Source of the DNA: Octopus vulgaris
Lineage: Eukaryota
Direction of reading: 5' to 3'
DNA length: 64,000 bases
Assembly: GCA_951406725.2 (NCBI GenBank)
Contig: OX597820.1
Span: 6,262,001 to 6,326,000, forward strand
This document shows, in pieces, positions 54,907 through 64,000 of this stretch (within the stretch, counting starts at the first letter, position 1; each line of letters begins with the position of its first letter). The notes beneath the pieces are model-generated. The model saw nothing but the letters and a program-made list of their open reading frames with translations. It was not told the DNA's origin and searched no databases. The position numbers were made by a program, and so were the translations under genes.

Positions 54907-56019
54907 TCTTTTGAAAATTATATTAACTTGTATTTCAGTATATTTCATAATCTTTTATTTATTACATCTATATATTCGTGTATCTATTTGCCAATATATC
55001 TATCTAACAATCTACTTATTTATATTTTCATCGATCCATCTTTCTCTCTAAATCTATCTCTATATATTTCCTCCCATCCTATCTCCCTCCACATACACAC
55101 ACACACACACACACGTGTACGCTCGTAACTATCTTTGTATGAGTCTATGAGAGCGCATGCGTGTACATGCATAACTTGCTACCAAACTATTTATTTTTCT
55201 ACCAACTTGCGCATTTTCCTATAAGACTATCATCGCCGCCATTTCTTTCTCTCCTTCTCCTTCTCTCTCTCTCTCTCTCTTTCACACGCAAACACACACA
55301 TGCGCACATACATTTATATAAAGAATATATATATTGCTTTATGCTGACAGACATAGATAAATTGGTAGTTATGCTATCTACAACTATCTATTTATCAATC
55401 TATTTGAGTACACATACACACACACACACACACGTACACACACACACACTCATACGCGCACAACCCTCACCCACAAACTCAAAGCTAGAGAGAGAGAGAG
55501 AAAGAGAGAGAAAAGTGAGAGAGAGAGACAGAGAGACAGAGAGGGAGAAAGAAAGAAGTATGAGTGGGGAAGCAGAGATAGAATAAAGATGAATTGATAA
55601 AAACAGCCCGCGTCGATCAGCCTCATTCGGTTTCCCTAGCAATATCATATTAACAATATTAACTTGTACTACATACCAAAACAAACCGCATCAGATATAC
55701 AAAAAAATAAAAAGAACCATTCACTAGTGCACGTTTTGTAGAAATCTTCATAAAATGTCGCGCACTCACTCACCCTTCATTTTCATAACGATATTCTCGA
55801 GAAGAAGAGAGTATAGCATCGTATCTCTAGAAGTTTGGTCTAACGGATTTGATTCGTCTCGAACCTTTTGTGGGTCCGACACGAGAAACACTGAGTAGCG
55901 ACTCATCAAGGCTCAGCTTTTTACCAACTAGTAATTCCCTTTTATTTAACAGCATTTTGGTTAAAGAACAATTCCTCCAATGAATCACTCTCTCTCTCCA
56001 TCCCCCTCTACTTCTCTCT

Positions 56020-56186
56020 GTAATCGATGGAACCAACCTACTTGAGAAATTTATGTGCTACTACATAAACACGCGTACCCTTAACATAGTTCTCAGGAAA
56101 ATTCATCGGGACACAGAGGCTGGAATCGAACTCTTGACCTTACGGTCGCGAATCGAATACCCTAACCACTAAGCTACGCGCCATCA
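56020..56186 (-). mobile_element. SINE family C, internally deleted
   Basis: Minus head GGCGCGTAGCTTAGTGGTTAGGGTATTCGATTCGCGACCGTAAGGTCAAGAGTTCGATTCCAG with A and B boxes. Confidence 0.8.
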
Positions 56187-56199
56187 CACATATTTTTTT

Positions 56200-56647
56200 A
56201 ATTCTTTTATTTATTTCTATCATTTGACTGCGGCCATGCTGGGGCACTAGCTTTAGTCGAACAAATCGGCGCCAGGACTTATCTTTTGTAAGCCTAGTAC
56301 TTATTCTATCGGTTTCTTTTGCCGAACCGCTATTTTACGGGGACGTAAACAAGCCTATATCAATTGGCAAGTCATAGTGGGAGGACAAGCGCAAACACAC
56401 AAATATATACATACTTGCATGCATACATACATACATACATACATACATACATACATACATACAGACATACATATACACACACATATACGACAGGCTTCAT
56501 TCAGTTTCCGTCTACAAAATCCACTCACAAGGCTGGCTTTTGCCGGCCCGAGAACATAGCAGATGACACTTGCTCAACATTGCCCCACAGTGGGACTGAA
56601 CCCGGAACCATGTGGTTGGTAAGCAAGCTTCTTATCACACAGCCACA
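56200..56647 (-). mobile_element. SINE family A, near full-length
   Basis: Reverse complement of the 20670-21068 architecture, including tail CATTTGACTGCGGCCATGCTGG and head GGGACTGAACCCGGAACCATGTGGTTGGTAAGCAAGCT. Confidence 0.9.
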
Positions 56648-56872
56648 TTTATTTGCATGAATATTTACTCGCATACACTGAAAGACATACACACGCATAC
56701 ACAATCACAGCGTACCACACACACACACACATACATATATGTATACTTACTTGCAAACGCGGACAGACAGACGTATAAATACACACAGAAGAAAGGATAG
56801 GTTTGCCACAGACAGGTAGACCAGAGACGTTCGAACGGTGCATGCGTTTCTTCCTTCTCCAACGGAAATCTT

Positions 56873-57281
56873 AGGCGGCGAATTAGCAGAACCGTTAGCA
56901 TGCCGGGCGAAATGCTTAGCGGTATTTCGTCTGCCGTTACGTTCTGAGTTCAAATTCCGCCGAGGTTGATTTTGCCTTTCATCCTTTCGGGGTCAATAAA
57001 TTAAGTACCAGTTACACACTTGGGTCGATATAATCGACTTAATCCGTTTGTCTGTCCTTGTGTGTCCCTTCTGTGTTTAGCCCCTTGTGAGTAGTAAAAA
57101 AATAGGTATTTCGTCTGTCGTTACATTCTGAGTTCAAATTCCGCCGAGGTCGGCTTTGCCTTTCATCCTTTGGGGTCGATTAAATAAGTACCAGTTACGT
57201 ACTGGGGTCGACATAATCGACTTAATCCGTTTGTCTGTCCTTGTTTATCCCTTTAGCCCCTTGCGGGTAGTAAAGAAATAG
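56873..57281 (+). mobile_element. SINE family B head-to-tail dimer
   Basis: Unit 1 is 56873-57105; unit 2 restarts at GGTATTTCGTCTG (57105). Possible imperfect TSD GGAAATCTT / GGAAATGTT. Confidence 0.92.
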
Positions 57282-57685
57282 GAAATGTTGTGGTCATCGC
57301 TGTCAGTATCTGGATTAGTTTGTTTTGTATATTCTGAATGTCTGTTTGAGGTCAGCTTTTCGTAAAGTGCAATTTAGTATATATTTCTTTTATATTCTTC
57401 GTCATTTCGCAAAATTCATCTTTAAATGACACTGATAGACTTATTAAAGGGGCAATTTTGTAAGTGGTCAAGTTGTCAAAGAGTTTTATCAAGTAGCATT
57501 CGTGCCGTCACAGTTTTTAATAAAATCTTTACTACGCATTTAAAGATTTATTTGATAATCATGATGAGTGAAAAAACGTAAAGTGCTCTACAGGTAAAGT
57601 CTTTAGACTTATATACACACGTTCCTACTTACGTACATACATACATACATACAGATACATACATGTGTACGAATACAATATATTT

Positions 57686-57747
<62 letters not shown>

Positions 57748-58804
57748 ATACATATATGTATATTAATACAATATATTTATGCATGCATATATATTTGTAT
57801 ATCTACAATATATATATATATATATATACACATACACATACATATATATGAATGTGTGCGTGTGTGAGTGTGTGTGTGTATGTGTGTGAGTGTGTGTGTG
57901 TGTGTGTGTGTATGTGTGTGTGTGCGTGTGTGTGTGTACTCATCTCATCTCTCTTTATATGTTCAAAATAATCAAATGTGAGTTAGGTCCCCCTGACTTC
58001 CGGCTCTCTCTTGTTTACTGTCAATGTCTCCGATCTAACGGCGATTTTCTTTGAATTCTCTTCTTGTTGTTTAGCGTCTCCCAGTTCACTCCGTTCGATC
58101 GAATGGTAATTTCGGTTTACTTTGAATCTCTCCAGTTTAAGACATCAAATAAAGGAAATAACAACCAATACCACCGCTTATAATCTCCTTCCAATCAAAC
58201 GCCAATACGTTTAGCTACGTATCTTTCGCCCATCTGAGTATTATTTTTTTTAACCTTCTTATTTTGGTTTTCTTTTGCTTTTATCTTCCATGATTCTGTT
58301 TTCATTGTTACACATCCCAACACGTAGGCAATCCTCGTATTATTCATATTCTATGAAGAACCATCGGCGAAACTAGATAGCTATTTCGAAAGACTAAATT
58401 GTAACAACTTAAATATTTCACAAGGTTCATAGTCCCACACATACACGGACAGATAACCTACGCACATCTCCTATCTTACCCCCTTCTCTCTCATTTTCGT
58501 TTGCTCTCCTGCCTTTCTCTCCTTCCTCTCTCTTTCTAAACTTTATTCTTTCCCGTTATGATATTTCACACACGAAACATATTTTTAATATCAAACTGAA
58601 AAATCCCTAATAGGATGTGTTATGTCAGATACTTACAAAAATATTACATACATATCCATGTATGCAAGCACTACACAAGTGTCTGTGCATGTATGTGAGT
58701 CTGTGTGCATAATATATATATATATATATATATGTATATATTATGTACAAAGACTGCTTACTTATATATATATATACATATACATCTATCTATCTATCCC
58801 ATCC

Positions 58805-58838
<34 letters not shown>

Positions 58839-59461
58839 GTATATATATGTGTATATATATACAGAGAGATAGAAAGAGAGAGACGACATGACGGAGAGAA
58901 AGAGAGACAAGAAGAGTGTAAAAGGGTAAAGGAAAAAGAGGAGGAAAGCAAATGGTGTGAGAGAAAAAAAGGGCTGATGTGTAGATAAGCAGATATATTC
59001 TACTTCATGCCCCCTACCGGTTGATTTTTTTTTCATCATTTCGTATTTCAGAATTACCTCCCTTGCCCTTTGGCAGTCTAAATTAATTATGCAAACGCCA
59101 AATAAGTCTTGTTTTCTTCGTGTAGAATCAGTCTCAGCAAATTTTCTTGCATCGTTATTTCATTTCACATATTTTCTCACCGAACGACTCCTTATATTAC
59201 CAGTTATTATATATATATATATGTATATACAAGCCCGCACTAACACATGTTCCTTTATTCTTTAACTTGTTTCAGTCATTTGACTGCGCCGATGCTGGAA
59301 CAACGCCTTAATGTGCTCAAATATATATACATGTTATATATAATGTACAGAATCTGATATATGTATATACATGTGTATATACGTATACATATGATCTCTG
59401 TTTCCTTCTCTCTCTGTATATACGTACATAAACACACACACACACAGATATGGAGAGAAAG

Positions 59462-59533
<72 letters not shown>

Positions 59534-59590
59534 GGATGGATGGATGGATGGATGGATGGATGGATGGATGGATGGATGGATGGATGGATG

Positions 59591-59685
<95 letters not shown>

Positions 59686-60244
59686 GTGGCACAATCTGAT
59701 TGTGATATAGATTTGAAGACTGAAAAGGCATTTGAAATTCTCGACAACTGACTGTCGTCTGTTAGATGTATCGCCATCAAAAACAATCTGAGCGTCTCTC
59801 AGTCGTGTGTCTTCTGCATCCCTTTATATTACTCTGAGACTTAGATTGTCGTCACAACAAAACCTTAGAACGATTCGATGAAGCTTGCTTTAGGAGCAAC
59901 TTAAGTCTCTAGTATGGTGAGGATTATGACACTCACCGTCTTCAGAATGGACTAACCGAACTCGTATAAGCAGCAGCGTGTTTGACTGAGAGCAAGAGAT
60001 GGGAAATTGCAGGAAGACGAAAGGTGTCGCTCGTGAGGCTGTAGTGTCGCAGGAAATCGTTGAGAAGTTGTTATAGTTCGTTGAGAGTTGTTTTGGATTG
60101 GTTACTATTATAGTGTAGGGTACTTAAGTGACATATACAGAAATCCCGTTATAAAAGTATCAAATGGCAGTCTTTAACACCAGACACCGTTGTTATCAAC
60201 CCAACCAAAACATCCTGTATTGAAATGTTTCTCATACACAACGA

Positions 60245-60520
60245 GATGCGTGCGGGTGGGTACATTAATAGGGTGGAGGATCACAGGTTACCTAAACTGT
60301 TGTTCTACGGTGAATTGCAAGGTAGTAAACGTCCGAGATATGGGCCTGGAAAGCGCATTTTAGGGATGTCGTCAAAAGCAGCTTCGAGGATCGTCAGCGC
60401 GAATGTTGAAGATAGAGAGCAGTTGACGGGAAATTGATTGATTTGGAAAGACGTGATCGACAATGGTCTTAAAGTATCTGAAATATAGAGAATCGATAAA
60501 TTCACCTTGAAACGATCAAT
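60245..60520 (+). mobile_element. RTE/BovB-like LINE fragment (post-RT C-terminal region)
   Basis: GGYINRVEDHRLPKLLFYGELQGSKRPRYGPGKR matches the RTE motif WxGHVxRMxDxRLPKxxxYGELxxGxRxxGxPxKR. Confidence 0.8.
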
Positions 60521-60896
60521 TCCTTAAGAGGACTTGTTTGTAACGCATGGTCTTTTTTTACTATAGAAGTGGCAATCACCACACAATCCCACACGTGTAC
60601 GCACATACGCATGCATAAACACACATACGCATGCATAAACACACATACACATCATAAACACACGAACAGACACGCGCACACAACACATATATAAATACAA
60701 AGTTCTAGTATAAGATATGGATTCAGAGAATTGTGTGGCTGTCACAGTAAGCTCTTCTCGCAGACTTGGCTAACAGACCACATTCGTAATGCAATAGAGA
60801 AACATAAATCAAAGTGTCCATGCAGCTGAAGTCCAGAAGATCCGATCAACGAAATTACTTCACGCGTTGTATATATATATATACCATAAAATATCA

Positions 60897-61400
60897 GGAA
60901 GTGAGATGAATATATTTATTTAGCCACGTGACACCCTTAGGAATACAGCCGTTTCGCAAGCTTCTTCATTTTGTAATAATTCCAGTGTATAATAAATTAT
61001 GTCTACATGCTTTCATTAATATGCATGCTGTACATTATATAATACAATGCAGATAAAAGAAGCAACCTGATCAGAACCCCAGAACATCATGGTTACACCG
61101 AAGTAGAATGGAAGGCGCTACCTTGATGTTCTGGTGATTTGATGAGCTTTGACCTATGTAGGTGAAAACATGTGAGTAACGTTGAGGATTTCAAGTTTTC
61201 TTTATCTTTTCAGCTTTCTTTATCTGCAGTGATTTGTGAATATACCACTGTATTGTATATTGTGCAGCAATGCATGTTAGTGTAGACATTTAGGTATAAT
61301 TTATTATACACTGAAATTATTATTACATGAAGAAGGCTGCGGAACGGCCGTAATCCTAAGCATGTCAAGTGGTTAAATGAATATATTTATTTCGCTTACC
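60897..61400. mobile_element. Fold-back element (arms ~60897-61063 and ~61213-61400) with hammerhead remnants in both arms
   Basis: Arms pair (e.g. CAGTGTATAATAAATTAT / ATAATTTATTATACACTG). Left arm, minus strand 60944-60969: AUGAAGA-A-GC-UU-GC-GAAA-CGGCUG-UA. Right arm, plus strand 61327-61352: AUGAAGA-A-GGCUGC-GGAA-CGGCCG-UA. (TA)n lies just outside both ends. Confidence 0.8.
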
Positions 61401-61403
61401 ACT

Positions 61404-61454
<51 letters not shown>

Positions 61455-61539
61455 ATTATTATTATTTGAGGGAATATTAATCCTAACTTACAAGGAAAAA
61501 ATTCAATTTAGAAATACTAAATCAAATTTCACACAATAT

Positions 61540-61603
<64 letters not shown>

Positions 61604-61776
61604 TATATATATAAATTAGAAAAAACCCCACCTTTTATCAATTCAAAATGAACAATTAAATTACACCATCTAGAAAATTACATGTAATAGAAATATTAAA
61701 ATCAAAATAATAATAAAATACCAATGATTAAGTAAATTGCATATGTAAGTATATTGTCATATGTATGTATGTGTAT

Positions 61777-61808
<32 letters not shown>

Positions 61809-61809
<1 letters not shown>

Positions 61810-62045
61810 ACGGGAAGCTTTATGAAAATAAACAAAAGACGAAGGCAGGTGGAAAACAAACGAACAATTGTATTAGTATGGCGCTCAGGAAATATAAATA
61901 AAACAAGTCTTTAACGTTTCGAGCCTACGCTCTTCAACAGATAGATACACAGAGAGAGAAAAACACAGAAAGAAGGAGAGAAAAAAAATGCGTGCAGTAG
62001 CTAACGAATCAACATGGCGATCTGATTTCGGCCAGAGGTCAAAGA
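61809..62045 (-). mobile_element. PLE-type pLTR fragment, family H3, variant hammerhead at 61908-61945
   Basis: Minus strand UCUAU-CUGUUGA-A-GAGC-GUAG-GCUC-GAAA-C-GUU-AAAGA. Colinear with 14289-14490; 3' end in (TA)n. Confidence 0.75.
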
Positions 62046-62117
62046 TCAAACATGAGACGCGAGAGCGAAATAAGGGGAGATAATAGGGTTGATAAAAGGG
62101 TTGAGGGACCAGCTAAT

Positions 62118-62450
62118 AGTGCGTAGGAGGGGTCTGGATGTGTGTATGTATAGGGTTGGTGTATGTATTAGTATGTATAAGGGTGTGTGTGTGTGTGTGT
62201 GTGTGTATGAGAGAGTATTAGTGCGTAGGATTGGTCTGGACGTGCGTATGTATGGGGTTGGTGTATGTATTAGTATGTATTAGTATGTATTAGTACGTAT
62301 TGGTATGTATAAGTGTGTGTGTATGAGAGAGTATAAGTGCGTATGCGGGGTCTGGACGTGTGTATGTATAGGGTTGGTGTATGTATTAGTATGTACTAGT
62401 ATGTATTAGTACGTATTAGTATGTATTAGTTGGTGTGTGTATTAGTATGG
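62118..62450. repeat. Three ~100-120-bp tandem units (GTGCGTA..GGTCTGGA.GTG.GTATGTAT.GGGTTGGTGTATGTATTAGTATGTA)
   Basis: Units start at ~62119, ~62221 and ~62337; each has an internal 8-bp TATTAGTA-type repeat. Confidence 0.85.
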
Positions 62451-64000
62451 CACATCATATGTGATGTGATGTGTAAAGTCATGTGGTGTAGTGAGGAGAA
62501 GAGGGGGGGAAGAGGGGGAGAGAAGGGGAGGGGAAGAAGAGGGGGAGGAGAGGGGGATGAGGAGAGGATGGGGGAGGAGGGGGAGGAAGGAGTAAAGAGG
62601 AAGAGGGAGAGAGAGAAGGGGAGAGAGGGAGTGAGGGAGCAGAGGGAAGGGGAAGAGGGAGGGAGAAAGAGGGAAGAAGGGAAGGGGAGTAGGGGTGAAA
62701 GGATGAAGGACTGAAGAAGTAGGGGTCGGGGGGAATGGATAGGTGAGGAGGGGGGAGAGGGGGGTTAATATATATATATACATATGTGTGTGAGTGTGTG
62801 TGTATACATGCATATATGTATATGTGTATATGTACATATATTTACATAATTATATATGATAGCTGTTAACTCATCCGTGTCATTGCTTTTTACGAGATGC
62901 TAATCGGAAATGTTCTTGAAGCTTATTGATAATTTTCCACCACAACATTCCCACAAGTGTCTCTTGCCTGTTAAATGCAATACAAAACTATGCTACTTGA
63001 CGTTGTCGACAGACATGAACCTCCTCAAGCCATCAAGAGTGAATCTCTATATTTTAAACGATTGGCCAGTATATGTTCTTTAAAGTGGATAGTGATCTAT
63101 CATTAGCTCACTTTCTTTCAGATAATCTTGAGTAGTTGACAAGCCCAATCTTGAAAAGCAAATGCATCTTGTCTTTTATTTTAAGCGTTTTATGGGATTC
63201 TTGAATGTCTTAAATTTTTGCAGACGAAGCTGAAGGCAATTCTCTCATGATAAGTTCAATTCAGAAGAAAGTGTTTCACCAGAAATTACTTTGGAATTCT
63301 TAGATGTTTCATAAGAACTAAATGGCCAGCTCATCTCAGTCTGTTTGGTGGCAAGAAATTTTGTATGCCTTGCAACGCTTGCTAACTTGAAATCCTCGAC
63401 GTTACTCACATGTTTTCACCAAGATAGGTGAAAAAAATTTGTCGCAGACATTTTTGCTGACACCACTCTGACTGGATAAAATAATTTAAATATAATGTGA
63501 ATGGATATTTTCATGTAAGTTTGTTGATATCGATGAGACGTTAGTGAAGTCCAAATTATAGCCGTGGCTCCCAACGTCTGTTTGCGATTTCGACATCAAG
63601 ATTTCATCTCTGTTAAATATATTGCCGACATATTGAAAAGAGAGTGAGTTTTGTTTTCATAAATTTCACTATATAGCGTAATTTTTGGACCCATTGAGTT
63701 TTCCAGATTGGAACTGATAAATAATAACTATCATACTAAGATTTCTTGGTGGGACCTAGCATGATAAATGCCAATAACACTTTTGTCTTATGAATCTGAA
63801 GATATTAATTATTGTTTGAGACAACATGGAGTTTGAAACTGTGTTTCTTTGTTGTAGTTGATATCCTTTTCAATGCGGATAGGAAGCATGGATGCAGCGT
63901 TGACACTGAAGTTAAGCAAAATTGTTAGAACATTCTGAATCTAGACTTTCATTGTTATTCTTCATGTGTAACCTCGATGACAGAATCAAGCAAATCTATT

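Noticed and set aside
56119-56186. tRNA-like sequences (also at 120-191, 21965-22037, 46443-46510)
   Set aside because: They have A and B boxes but no complete cloverleaf acceptor stem, and they continue into repeat bodies, so they are SINE heads, not tRNA genes.

Overview
AT-rich eukaryotic non-coding (intronic or intergenic) DNA with extremely dense microsatellites. The SINE families and repeat landscape point to a coleoid cephalopod, most likely Octopus (inference from repeat recognition, not a database search). No intact host protein-coding gene is supported: nearly all ORFs in the track are translated (TA)n, (CA)n, (GATA)n, (AAT)n or (GAA)n runs. Recognisable content: three tRNA-derived SINE families (about 20 copies); a full-length but dead cecropia-type mariner; 3' fragments of RTE, R4/Dong-like (RLE) and CR1/L2-group LINEs; a piggyBac-type MITE; a Helitron-like 5' end; a possible solo LTR; and several minisatellites. 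The most interesting signal is a population of at least 10 minimal type-I hammerhead ribozyme (HHR)-like motifs in 4-5 sequence families, typical of Penelope-like element (PLE) pseudo-LTRs. They often occur as outward-facing inverted pairs (fold-backs) ending at or near (TA)n arrays. They include a family with a recurrent non-canonical core (CUGUYGA), one motif with a ~107-nt stem II insert, and a tRNA-headed SINE-like element carrying a half-hammerhead tail. All structures were read by eye, and repeat boundaries are approximate (about +/-10-20 nt) unless a TIR or TSD is quoted.
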